Source: Candidatus Gastranaerophilales bacterium
GTDB taxonomy: Bacteria > Cyanobacteriota > Vampirovibrionia > Gastranaerophilales > Gastranaerophilaceae
Direction of reading: 5' to 3'
DNA: 64,000 nt
Assembly: GCA_944324825.1 (NCBI GenBank)
Contig: CALUXU010000005.1
Coordinates: 66,264 to 130,263, forward strand
A program made the position numbers and the translations under genes. This document shows, piece by piece, positions 45,146 to 54,033 of this stretch; the stretch's first letter is position 1; the number at the start of each line of letters is the position of its first letter. Under the pieces are notes generated by a model. That model had not been told where the DNA came from. It saw only the letters and a program-made list of their open reading frames with translations, and ran no database searches.

Positions 45146-45292
45146 CAAGTTTGAGAAAAATAAAATTGAAATTGAGATAAATGCGGAACCAAGTTTGAGA
45201 AAAATAAAATTGAAATTGAGATAAATGCGGAACCAAGTTTGAGAAAAATAAAATTGAAATTGAGATAAATGCGGAACCAAGTTTGAGAAAAA
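45146..45292 (+). repeat. 44-bp tandem repeat, 3 exact units plus a partial fourth
   Basis: The unit CAAGTTTGAGAAAAATAAAATTGAAATTGAGATAAATGCGGAAC occupies 45146-45189, 45190-45233 and 45234-45277. The first 15 nt occur again from 45278. Confidence 0.92.
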
Positions 45293-45562
45293 ATATTTTT
45301 CAATTGATACGAAATAGATACAAAGCTCGGGGGTGTCGGTTGGACATACTTGCCCAACAACATCTTCTACTCATCAGGATTTATAGCAGGGATATCACTT
45401 TTCTTATATTATTCTTCTAATTCTTTAATAATAGGATTCATTGTTGCTATTGCTTTATATTCATTGTCTAGTACAAAATTAGCGAGTCCACACCGCTCTT
45501 TTCAATCGTATACAAAAGATAAAAGAATTTTATGGGAGTGCTTAAGTCTTGTATAGTATTAT

Positions 45563-45880
45563 TTATAACTTTACAAGCATTGAGACAATATCATAAATCT
45601 TTTTTAACCTTCTTGAAGAACACTGAGATAAAAGTGTAACAATATTAGATATTATTTCCTGATTATCAGGGTTCGGCAAAATAAGTAATTCCGCAGGTGT
45701 AATATCAAATGTTGAACATATTTTATCAATTGTTTCCGCATTAGGCTGATATCTATTCCGCTCAATATTAGAAAGACCTTGTATGCTTATACCTATTTTT
45801 TCAGAGAATTCCTCTTGAGTCAGATTATTTGATAATCTTAATTTCTTTATATTTGTATTTATTAATTTTTGGTATTTCAT
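45563..45880 (-). CDS. XRE-family HTH transcriptional regulator
   Basis: LTQEEFSEKIGISIQGLSNIERNRYQP is the classic Cro/C1 HTH. Confidence 0.85.
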   Translation of the reverse strand: MKYQKLINTNIKKLRLSNNLTQEEFSEKIGISIQGLSNIERNRYQPNAETIDKICSTFDITPAELLILPNPDNQEIISNIVTLLSQCSSRRLKKIYDIVSMLVKL

Positions 45881-46054
45881 AAAGTATAAGTTACTCTATA
45901 TCGCCATACAATTTAATCAACTATTTAGATATTTATATGGCTATTTAATGTAACAAAATGTTTACAAATACACTTTTCATTAGCAATTAATTCTACTAGA
46001 ATAATTTTATATTAATGTAAGGTTAATTAAATAAATGAAAGGTTGGTTAGAATT

Positions 46055-46492
46055 ATGTCTGTAGGTAATGTTAACAATATAGGACAAACTTACAATGCAA
46101 GTTATCCTAAATACTTGGAAAAACGAAGAAATAACGGTGCATTTTTAGCATTATCAGGAGGAACGTTAGGAACAAGTGCAGTAGCGCTTAAACTTGTTAA
46201 TAATTCTTTTGCATTAAAAAATCCGAAACTTCTTTTAGGTGCAGCTATTGTTGCTTTTGCGGCATCAATATTTGGTATAAGTGAAATGGGTTCATCAACA
46301 AAAGAATTAAAAAAATATCAAACAGAACAGAATAATCAAATGATGGATACATTTGTTAAAACAGAACAAAATAAAGAAAAAAAACAAGGATTATCTGATA
46401 TTGAAACAATAAATTTAATATCAGGATTATCTAATCCAATAACAGCGGGAATAACAACAGTAGATTTTGCTGATAAATTAAGAAAAGTCTAA
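46055..46492 (+). CDS. Hypothetical small membrane protein
   Basis: Gly/Ala-rich hydrophobic segments (GAFLALSGGTLGTSAVALKLV; LLLGAAIVAFAASIFGI). I used the ATG at 46055 rather than the TTG at 46043. Confidence 0.5.
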   Translation: MSVGNVNNIGQTYNASYPKYLEKRRNNGAFLALSGGTLGTSAVALKLVNNSFALKNPKLLLGAAIVAFAASIFGISEMGSSTKELKKYQTEQNNQMMDTFVKTEQNKEKKQGLSDIETINLISGLSNPITAGITTVDFADKLRKV

Positions 46493-46511
46493 TTAGTTAA
46501 AGGAGGTCAAA

Positions 46512-46877
46512 ATGATTGAAAATATAGAGTACAAACCTGTTATCCAACAAAGAAAAACTAATACAGGTAAAGCAGTTGGAACATCGGTTGGTGTTGGAAC
46601 CGGTGCAATAGCAACAGCTTGTTTTTTGGGGCAGGTAGAAGGTTATGCTTCCCATGTATGCACTGCAAATAAAATATTGGAAAGCAAAACACCTGAATTT
46701 CTTAAAAATATTAACCCAAAAGAATTCATTAATAAATATGCAAAAACAGAATACCGAAAAGAAATAGCTCAAGCTGGACTAATTGGAGCCGCTTTTATTG
46801 CTGCAGGTCTTGCAGTTGGTACAATAGTTGATGCCGTAATTAATTCTAAAAAAGCGAAACATAATGAAATGAAATAA
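46512..46877 (+). CDS. Hypothetical small membrane protein
   Basis: RBS AAAGGAGG 5 nt upstream. Hydrophobic segments GTSVGVGTGAIATACFLG and AGLIGAAFIAAGLAVGTIV. Confidence 0.55.
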   Translation: MIENIEYKPVIQQRKTNTGKAVGTSVGVGTGAIATACFLGQVEGYASHVCTANKILESKTPEFLKNINPKEFINKYAKTEYRKEIAQAGLIGAAFIAAGLAVGTIVDAVINSKKAKHNEMK

Positions 46878-47100
46878 GTTTGTTAAATGTTTAATCTCAG
46901 TTAATCCTCGTTATAAATAATCTTTTTTCTTAAAGGATTTTATTTTAAGCATATACCTATAATATCAAAAAATTAAGAAAAGTTTCGGCTTCAAGTTGTC
47001 GAAAAGAATCAAAACATGTGGAACAAGAAATCAAACCATGTGTTTCTTTACACTTGACTGGTTCGAGCGCGAGCGAGCTGAGGGCGGAGGTGTATTTGTG

Positions 47101-47334
47101 CAGACATTTCAATCGTGTACGGTTAAAATGATTATTGGCTGAAAAGTGGCTTTGTGTTTAGGTTTCAACCTGCCGGAAGTATCCAAAAATAATCAAACCA
47201 AATTACTTGAAAAGTCCACGAAGTGTCTGTTGAAGTCTACCCCTTCGACTTTTGGTTGTACCCCTTGTGTGGCGGAAGTTTAGGGTGCATTTGAACTTGT
47301 ACGAATGGTTTGATTATTTTCGGCAAGGACATTT
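47101..47334 (+). repeat. 235-bp repeat, copy B
   Basis: See copy A. Unlike copy A, it is followed immediately by a P-module. Confidence 0.88.
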
Positions 47335-47341
47335 GAAATTT

Positions 47342-47428
47342 GTCTTGGATTATTCGGGGTGCAGGCGGAGTAATGTCCGACCTGCACCTTACGGGTTACG
47401 CTCCGCTTCACCCTACCGAAAATTCGCT
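47342..47428 (+). mobile_element. P-module copy 3, an insertion relative to repeat copy A
   Basis: GTCTTGGATTATTCGGGG - hairpin GGTGCAGG...CCTGCACC - TTACGGG ... CCCTACCGAAAATTCGCT. Flank homology with copy A resumes after it (AACCGGAAGTTTTTTCTTAAGGTCGGA vs TAGTCGGAAAATTTTTCCTAAGGTCGGA). Confidence 0.6.
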
Positions 47429-47987
47429 AACCGGAAGTTTTTTCTTAAGGTCGGATGTAAAATAATATATAAAATGGCTACAAACGGACAGGTTGGAACT
47501 ATAGATAGATAAGTAATAGTAATATATTTTGAAATTTTTCAGAACTTGTATCAACGGAACTTATATGCCTCAAATTCAATAAAATCGTTAAGTATAAAAT
47601 TGTGCAAAGTCTAATACTGGCAATAATTACAGTGTAAATTTCAAAAATAACATCAAATTTGAGAATTTCTCATAGAAAATATTAATTTTACAAATCTGCG
47701 GAACCAACTTTAAGGAACCTCTGGAGTGAAACTTTTATCTAATCGCAATTATATAAGAAGTTTTTTTATTTTTATTCTTAAACCGATGTTATTTTATCTC
47801 AATCAAATTGATGGTTTACAAATATAAGAGTTTTCTTGGTGAATTACAAAAATCAATGTTAATACGATTACTATTAATAAAAATGCTATTTTCTCACTTT
47901 ACTGTTATTGTTTGATTTTGTAAACATATTTAAAATTTAAGCAGCTTTTTCATTCAAGTGTAAATGCTGTATAATTTCTCAGAATCC

Positions 47988-48016
47988 TTGACAATTGTTG
48001 ACTAGCAAATTATAAT
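47988..48016 (+). promoter_or_regulatory. Consensus sigma-70-type promoter upstream of the MATE genes
   Basis: TTGACA (47988-47993), a 17-nt spacer, then TATAAT (48011-48016). Confidence 0.7.
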
Positions 48017-48063
48017 CATAACCGAAAATTTAAGTGGACTTTTCCGGATTTAATCATCTTTTT

Positions 48064-48095
48064 GCCACACAGTTATCTTATGATAACTGTGTGGC
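48064..48095 (+). promoter_or_regulatory. Perfect 14-bp-stem hairpin/palindrome in the MATE leader (attenuator or operator)
   Basis: GCCACACAGTTATC-TTAT-GATAACTGTGTGGC followed by ATTTTGATT. It lies between the promoter and the likely start at 48134. Confidence 0.65.
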
Positions 48096-48133
48096 ATTTT
48101 GATTATCCGGATAAAAAGAAAAGGAGAAAATAC

Positions 48134-49507
48134 ATGCAGGCAGAGAATAAAATGGCAGTTACACCAATTGGTAAACTTATTTGTCAAATGTCAGTACCAC
48201 CATTGATATCAATGTTTTTGCAGTATTCATATAATCTGGTAGACAGCATATTTGTTGCAAGGCTTAGTGAAGACGCATTAACAGCCGTCTCCCTTTCATT
48301 TCCTATAACAACTCTGATGAATGCAGCTTCTATTTGGATAGGAGTCGGGGTTAATGTATTAATTGCAGGATATCTTGGTAAAAAAGAACAAAACAATGCG
48401 AATACGGTTGTCACGCATGGAATTTTTCTATCCTTTATCGTTGGTGCTTTACTTAATATACTATCGTTATTGATTATGAAGCCTTACTTTATGGCTTTCT
48501 CCAGTAATGAAGAAATCTATAAACTAAGTATAGCATATATGAGTATCTGTTCATTTATGCAAATTCCCAATATGGTACATATATCTATTCAAAAAATAAT
48601 ACAGGCTACAGGGAATATGGTTGCACCTATGTGGTTTCAAATTGCAGGTGTTGTTGTTAATTTTATTTTTAACCCGATTTTGATTTTTGGAATTGGAGCT
48701 TTTCCTGCCATGGGAATCTGCGGCTCTGCTTTAGCAACTGTTGCAGGTTATCTTGTCTCTATGATTTTGGCATTTGCTTTATTACTTGGAACAAAACAAA
48801 AAGTGCAATTAAAAATCAAAGGTGTTCATTGGCAAAAACAAATAATCGGTAAAATTTTTGCATTAGGTCTACCGTCATTTATTATGAACGCACTTAGTTC
48901 GTTTATGGTGACATTTGTAAATCTTTTCCTGATAGCATATTCTGCAACTGCAATTGCCTTCTTCGGGGCATATTTTAAGGTTCAACAACTAATTATCATG
49001 ACCGTGAATGGTTTAATTCAGGGTTGTTTACCTGTTATGAGTTTTAACTACGGTGCAAAAAACAGAGAAAGATTACACTTAGCTTTCAGTTATGGAACAA
49101 TTCTGGTTTCAATTATGATGATTATAGGAACAATAGTAGTAATAGTATATCCGTCACAAATTTTAAAATTATTTGCGGCTTCCGATGAGATGTGTTCTTT
49201 TGGAATATCCGCTATGCGGATTATGGCAGTAAGTTATCTGTTTTGTGGTATTTCTACAATGATTTCTACTTATTTTCAGGCTACGGAAAAAGTATTGTCC
49301 AGTATTGGAATTCAACTTTGCAGGCAGCTGATTTTCCTTGTTCCTGCTTTGTGGTGTTTGGATAAACTATTCCAAATGAATGGTATTTGGTATGCTTTTC
49401 CTGTTACAGAAGGAATCACATTAATTTTTGCCATTGTTTTGATTGTGTTGGGTTGCTATTGCAACAATCATAGTATTTTCAAAATCTTAACAGACCGATT
49501 TAAATAG
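48134..49507 (+). CDS. MATE-family multidrug efflux transporter
   Basis: Start moved to the ATG preceded by AAAAGGAGAA (MQAENKMAVTPIGKL...). It has the 12-TM MATE pattern, with the PxxISMFLQYSYNLVDSIFVARL motif near the N-terminus. Confidence 0.88.
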   Translation: MQAENKMAVTPIGKLICQMSVPPLISMFLQYSYNLVDSIFVARLSEDALTAVSLSFPITTLMNAASIWIGVGVNVLIAGYLGKKEQNNANTVVTHGIFLSFIVGALLNILSLLIMKPYFMAFSSNEEIYKLSIAYMSICSFMQIPNMVHISIQKIIQATGNMVAPMWFQIAGVVVNFIFNPILIFGIGAFPAMGICGSALATVAGYLVSMILAFALLLGTKQKVQLKIKGVHWQKQIIGKIFALGLPSFIMNALSSFMVTFVNLFLIAYSATAIAFFGAYFKVQQLIIMTVNGLIQGCLPVMSFNYGAKNRERLHLAFSYGTILVSIMMIIGTIVVIVYPSQILKLFAASDEMCSFGISAMRIMAVSYLFCGISTMISTYFQATEKVLSSIGIQLCRQLIFLVPALWCLDKLFQMNGIWYAFPVTEGITLIFAIVLIVLGCYCNNHSIFKILTDRFK

Positions 49508-49515
49508 GAGAAATT

Positions 49516-50844
49516 ATGAATAATACTTTTATGAAGGAAAAACCGATTATACCATTGATTTTATCAATGTCACTACCTATGGTTCTATCAATGCTGGTTA
49601 ATTCTCTATATAACATTATAGATAGTTATTTTGTTGCCCGGATTAGTGAGGATGCAATGACAGCACTATCACTTGTCTATCCTATTCAAAATTTTATAAA
49701 TGCAGTAGGAATTGGTTTTGGTGTTGGTATTAATGCGGTTATCGCCTTTTATCTTGGTGCCGGGGATAATAAAAATGCTGATAGGGCTGCAACTATAGGA
49801 CTTCTATTGGCGATTATTCATAGTATTGTAATGACAATTTGTTGTATTGCGATTATGCCATTCTTTTTAAGAAAGTTCACTTCGTCAGAATCTGTGATTG
49901 AACTTAGCATTCATTATTCTGTTATTGCATTCTCTTTTACTCTGTTTGTTGTCGTTGGGATAACATTTGAGAAAATCTTTCAAGCCGCAGGTAAAATGAA
50001 AACAACAATGATAAGTTTGATGAGCGGATGTATCGCAAATATCATATTGGATCCCATACTGATTTTTGGTTATGGTCCATTCCCACAAATGGGGATTAAA
50101 GGAGCTGCATTAGCAACCGGAATAGGGCAGATGCTGACATTAATAATATATCTTGTTGTTTATTATATGCGGCCAATCTGTGTACATATTCGCAAGAAGT
50201 ATATTTTATTTTCTCCTAAAATAGTATTGAAACTATACTTAATTGGGATTCCGGCTACGCTGAATCTTGCATTACCATCGTTATTAATTTCTGCACTAAA
50301 TGCAATTCTGGCTGCTTATTCCGAAGTCTACATTTTAATTTTAGGTATTTATTATAAATTGCAAACATTTATCTATCTCCCTGCAAATGGTATTGTTCAG
50401 GGAATGCGTCCTTTAATTGGTTATAATTACGGTGCTGGTGAAAATAAAAGAGTCAATCAGATTTATAGAATTGTTTTGTATCTGAATGGTATAATTATGA
50501 TATTGGGAACTATAATTTGCCTGTTTTATCCGGAAAAACTTATGGAACTCTTTACTCATACTGATTATACCCTCCAAGCTGGAGAAACAGCATTGAGAAT
50601 TATAGGAGCAGGGTTTATTGTTTCTGCAGTGTCTGTTACTTCATCAGGTGCATTAGAGGGATTAGGTAAAGGAATTCCGTCATTGTTAATTTCGCTTTGC
50701 CGGTATATATTTATCATTATTCCAACAGCATTTTTATTAAGCCGGATATTAGGAGTAGTAGGGATTTGGCATGCATTTTGGGTTACTGAAGCTGTTACTG
50801 CCATTATTTCTGTTACTATATACCGTAAAGTACTAAATAAATGA
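49516..50844 (+). CDS. MATE-family multidrug efflux transporter (second copy)
   Basis: PLILSMSLPMVLSMLVNSLYNIIDSYFVARISEDAMTALS and a 12-TM layout. It is a paralogue of the upstream gene. Confidence 0.88.
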   Translation: MNNTFMKEKPIIPLILSMSLPMVLSMLVNSLYNIIDSYFVARISEDAMTALSLVYPIQNFINAVGIGFGVGINAVIAFYLGAGDNKNADRAATIGLLLAIIHSIVMTICCIAIMPFFLRKFTSSESVIELSIHYSVIAFSFTLFVVVGITFEKIFQAAGKMKTTMISLMSGCIANIILDPILIFGYGPFPQMGIKGAALATGIGQMLTLIIYLVVYYMRPICVHIRKKYILFSPKIVLKLYLIGIPATLNLALPSLLISALNAILAAYSEVYILILGIYYKLQTFIYLPANGIVQGMRPLIGYNYGAGENKRVNQIYRIVLYLNGIIMILGTIICLFYPEKLMELFTHTDYTLQAGETALRIIGAGFIVSAVSVTSSGALEGLGKGIPSLLISLCRYIFIIIPTAFLLSRILGVVGIWHAFWVTEAVTAIISVTIYRKVLNK

Positions 50845-50998
50845 TTTAATTTATACGGTAAATTTTATATCAAATTAAGATGTATAAATTGGTAATATAA
50901 TCTATAAAAAGCATATATGGTTTAAAATTATATCATGTGTTTCTGTAAAGCAAACTGCTGAACAATTAGCTTTAATTGTTTTTAAACAGCAGAAAAAT

Positions 50999-51124
50999 AT
51001 GCTTAAATGCAATAGAATGCTTGAAGCAGGAGAAGACCCATTGTATGTTGCAATAAGAATAACAAAATTTACAAGCGAAAATGTCGGACTTGCAGCCCCT
51101 TATGCTTTAGAAATTGCAGTTTGT
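50999..51124 (+). pseudogene. Fragment of rarA/mgsA (replication-associated recombination protein A, C-terminal domain)
   Basis: [37 protein letters not shown] matches the conserved [15 protein letters not shown]...ASEDIGLADP block of RarA. Only about 40 aa are present, and the rest of ORF 50999..51187 is repeat sequence. Confidence 0.65.
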
Positions 51125-51266
51125 AGGTTGAGGCTTCTACTCCAACACAAAGTGTCCCAAAATAATCAAAGCATCTGTAACAAGTAATCAAACCATGTGT
51201 TCTTTTACAATGCCAAAGGCATTGAAGACGTCAACCGTAGACCCGTTAAACGCGAGCGAGCAAGAC

Positions 51267-51323
51267 AATCCCACCTCCTCCTCCATTTAAAACGGGTCTG
51301 ATATTTTCAGATCCGTTTTTATT
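51267..51323 (+). repeat. 57-bp direct repeat, copy 2 (tRNA-Ser(TGA) tail plus terminator)
   Basis: Identical to 44756-44812. Confidence 0.92.
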
Positions 51324-51376
51324 GATGTATATTTTTGTACTTTGATTTTCAAAATTTAGATAATGTAGTTGCTCTT

Positions 51377-51883
51377 TTACAACGGTAGTGCTACTCCGAT
51401 GTTAACGCTTGTTGTAGAAGGATTTATTTTTGTTATGTCATATATTTGACCTTCTAAGAACACGCTCGCTTTTCCTATTTTTGTTGATATCCCTGTAAAG
51501 TTGCCGACGGTTGTATCCAGACCTTTTTGACCGTAGGTCAGTTTTGATGCAACATAAGGGGTTGTATAAATACTTGTTTTCTCCCCGACAGGAATCGTTA
51601 CCGTACAAGGCTGAAGTCTGAATTGAACGCTTTTTGAATTAGGGTTAAGATTATGGCGGACTCTGAAACCTCCTGATACCGGACTATTTCCGTAAGGTGT
51701 TGAACCTTTTAAGTCCAGTATGGCTCCGGTTGAACCATCCGTAAACGAAGATCCTATCCCTGCATAGCCGCCCAGAGTCCCTTTCCCGACTTTTATTCCG
51801 GCATCAATTCCGGCGGTTGAAAAGTTACTTCCGTCACATTGTTGAAATGTTGCTGCTGAAACTTTTGTTTCGAATCCCGGCAT
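51377..51883 (-). CDS. Hypothetical Gly/Thr/Ser-rich beta-type protein (168 aa)
   Basis: ORF with RBS GAGGAAATTATAATG. The composition suggests beta-strand repeats. I saw no clear signal peptide. Confidence 0.5.
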   Translation of the reverse strand: MPGFETKVSAATFQQCDGSNFSTAGIDAGIKVGKGTLGGYAGIGSSFTDGSTGAILDLKGSTPYGNSPVSGGFRVRHNLNPNSKSVQFRLQPCTVTIPVGEKTSIYTTPYVASKLTYGQKGLDTTVGNFTGISTKIGKASVFLEGQIYDITKINPSTTSVNIGVALPL

Positions 51884-52038
51884 TATAATTTCCTCAATAC
51901 TTATCCCCTTACTTTTAAAAAGTATTTTTTACTCCAAAACTTGCCTTTAATTTAGTAAATATTACAATTTTTTAATACTATCTGGCAATGTTTATCAATT
52001 TGAAATAAACTTTTAACATAAATAAGGAGGTTGTGTAT

Positions 52039-52434
52039 ATGTCAACGGTTAATAATATATCCTTCAAAGGCTGGGAAGGTAATGAACGTCTTAAAGGAAG
52101 ACTCAATAACGAAAAAGAGTTGAATAAACTTGCCGATGCTTCAAACGTTGACAGCTTAAAAACAAACCTTTCTAAAGATAGCAAATACTTACCTGGTCAC
52201 GATTTGTATACTAATATTGCAACGAAAAAAGTTAAGGGAATGTATTATCATGGCTTTGATTGTGTGATATTAGATAAAAATACATCTAAAGAACAGGTTT
52301 CCAAAAGTATTTACGAATCTGCAGAAAAATCCGTCGGAAAGTTATATGGAAAACTGGGGCATTCTGATATTGATTTCAATACTAAATCAGGGAACGGATT
52401 TTTGAATAAAATTCTTAAATTATTTAAGAAATAG
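52039..52434 (+). CDS. Hypothetical protein (131 aa)
   Basis: A strong RBS AAGGAGG lies 8 nt upstream of the ATG at 52039. Confidence 0.6.
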   Translation: MSTVNNISFKGWEGNERLKGRLNNEKELNKLADASNVDSLKTNLSKDSKYLPGHDLYTNIATKKVKGMYYHGFDCVILDKNTSKEQVSKSIYESAEKSVGKLYGKLGHSDIDFNTKSGNGFLNKILKLFKK

Positions 52435-52439
52435 TGTTG

Positions 52440-53081
52440 TTAATTAATTCTTTTATCACTATAAATAAATTCTTCGTTTCCGTTTTCATCCAGTATTAAT
52501 CCGCAAAGGCAGGCATCTTTGTATTTGCCGCAGCCCAGGTCAATACCGATTTTGCCTTCATCTATATATGGCTTATCAAATTCCGTATGTCCGAATATTA
52601 TTTTTTGCGGAAGATTATGTTTTGAATATATAAATTTTCCACGTATATACACCAAATCCCGTTCGGATTGGTTTTCAAGCGGAAGCTCCGGATTTATGCC
52701 GGCATGGACGAATAAGTATTTATCCGTTAAATAATAAAATTTCAGGTTATCAAAAAAATCTTTATGGGTTTTATAAATCTTTTCAAATCCGCCGTAACTC
52801 TTAACCGTTTGCGGTCCTCCGTAGTTTTGGAATAAATAATGAAAATACTCATCATCAGAATGCAAAAAGGCATATTCGTGTGAGCCCATCAAATAAATAC
52901 ATTTATGAGTTTCTGATTGCTTGATTACTCTGTCTATAACTCCTTTTGAATTCGGGCCTCTATCAATATAATCCCCCATAAAAACAAAAATATCATCGGG
53001 TTTGGTATTTATCTTTGATAAAAGGTTTTCTAACTTCCCGAGTTCTCCGTGAATATCTGTTATTGCTATGTATCTTGACAT
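52440..53081 (-). CDS. PPP-family metallophosphoesterase (Ser/Thr phosphatase or ApaH-like)
   Basis: ITDIHGEL, GDYIDRGP, GSHE and VHAG motifs. Confidence 0.82.
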   Translation of the reverse strand: MSRYIAITDIHGELGKLENLLSKINTKPDDIFVFMGDYIDRGPNSKGVIDRVIKQSETHKCIYLMGSHEYAFLHSDDEYFHYLFQNYGGPQTVKSYGGFEKIYKTHKDFFDNLKFYYLTDKYLFVHAGINPELPLENQSERDLVYIRGKFIYSKHNLPQKIIFGHTEFDKPYIDEGKIGIDLGCGKYKDACLCGLILDENGNEEFIYSDKRIN

Positions 53082-53419
53082 TGTTTTTTAATCCATTCCA
53101 TAATAATTTCGACTAAGTATTCCTGTTGTGCCTCTGTTAATTCAACCCCCTTTTTGAATCCGTGCCATTTTTCTACGCATTTTCTGCAGCAGCAGGCTGT
53201 TGCATGCTGAGCCACGAATACAGGATGGTTTCTCATAGGTGTTTGTTTCCCGTCATTTGGTATAATAGACGGTGCAACACGTTTTTTTATAAAATCTTTT
53301 GCGTGTTCTTTAATAACCTCCAGCCCTTTGTCAGCAACATATTTTTTATCTTTACCGGATAATTTGAATCTGCTTCTAAAGTCTGACTTTGCTAATCGTT
53401 CAAGAATATTATTTTTCAT
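53066..53419 (-). CDS. DUF4186-family protein
   Basis: SRFKLSGKDKKYV...HPVFVAQHATACCCRKCVEKWH matches my memory of the DUF4186 signature. Confidence 0.65.
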   Translation of the reverse strand: MKNNILERLAKSDFRSRFKLSGKDKKYVADKGLEVIKEHAKDFIKKRVAPSIIPNDGKQTPMRNHPVFVAQHATACCCRKCVEKWHGFKKGVELTEAQQEYLVEIIMEWIKKQCQDT

Positions 53420-53458
53420 AACTATATTTTAATACTAAATTTATGCTATATAAACAGT

Positions 53459-53977
53459 ATGAAAAAATATTTTTTGGAAACAGAGCGTTTATATCTAAGG
53501 AAAATGACTAAGGATGATTATGCTGATGTAGCAGAAATGCTTCAGGACGAAAAAGTTATGTATGCCTGGGAATATACATTTGAGAAGAAAGATATAGACG
53601 AATGGATAAATAAAAATATTCAAAGATATGCACAGTATAATATGGGGTATTTTTTATTGGAGGATAAATCAACCGGCAATATCGTAGGACAGGCTGCTAT
53701 TACCCCTGATACAATTAACGGTGAATCTCATTTGGAAATAGGTTATATTTTGAAATACAAATTTCAGGGGATGGGGTATGCAACCGAAGCTGCAAAAGGG
53801 CTTGTTGAATATGCATCAAAATATTTAGGTGTTTCTCATGTTATTTTTGAGATAAGACCTGAAAACGTTGCTTCTATAAAAGTAGCGGAAAGACTTGGTG
53901 CAAAACAAAATGGCAGTTTTGTAAAATCTGTCCGCGGAAAAAATATGGAACACTTTATTTATACGCTTGTATTATAA
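53459..53977 (+). CDS. GNAT N-acetyltransferase (RimJ/RimL-like)
   Basis: TERLYLRKMTKDD at the N-terminus and the acetyl-CoA motif KFQGMGYATEAAKGLVEYA. Confidence 0.82.
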   Translation: MKKYFLETERLYLRKMTKDDYADVAEMLQDEKVMYAWEYTFEKKDIDEWINKNIQRYAQYNMGYFLLEDKSTGNIVGQAAITPDTINGESHLEIGYILKYKFQGMGYATEAAKGLVEYASKYLGVSHVIFEIRPENVASIKVAERLGAKQNGSFVKSVRGKNMEHFIYTLVL

Positions 53978-54033
53978 TTATAAAGTGATAACATTTTAAT
54001 GTTAGACATCCCGAACATTTTTGAGGCATAATT

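Larger units (their letters stand above)
44813..51266. mobile_element. ~6.5-kb accessory block downstream of tRNA-Ser(TGA), bounded by the 57-bp repeats (no recombinase gene)
   Basis: It is flanked by perfect 57-bp direct repeats that include the tRNA tail. The interior holds repeats, an XRE regulator, small membrane proteins, two MATE pumps and a rarA fragment. Its right end (..GCGAGCGAGCAAGAC|AATCCC) resembles the end of the tRNA-Ser(CGA) mini-elements. Confidence 0.55.

Noticed and set aside
45146-45292. CRISPR array
   Set aside because: The repeats are directly adjacent with no unique spacers, the unit is not palindromic, and no cas genes are in the window.
45002-45363. Three overlapping minus-strand ORFs (92, 63 and 72 aa)
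   Set aside because: They share identical peptide stretches because they translate the 44-bp tandem repeat. They are not genes.
45350-45556. 68-aa ORF with two hydrophobic segments
   Set aside because: It has a TTG start, and I found no RBS. It may be real but is not supportable from the sequence alone.
47252-47512. 86-aa ORF
   Set aside because: It reads across the end of the 235-bp repeat and the P-module.
47520-47987. Riboswitch (for example guanidine/ykkC) in the long AT-rich region upstream of the MATE genes
   Set aside because: I saw no conserved GC-rich riboswitch core blocks. The region lies upstream of the consensus promoter.
48062-48133. ORF-track start of the first MATE gene at 48062
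   Set aside because: The first 24 codons are the 14-bp-stem hairpin and the leader. An ATG at 48134 has a proper RBS and begins the conserved MATE N-terminus.
52039-52080. Shared (N)xSFKG-like motif in several hypothetical proteins (NNISFKGW at the 52039 ORF, NNLSFKGG at the 23352 ORF, NIHFGS at the 26574 ORF)
   Set aside because: The motif is only 4-5 residues long with no surrounding similarity, which is too weak to call a family.
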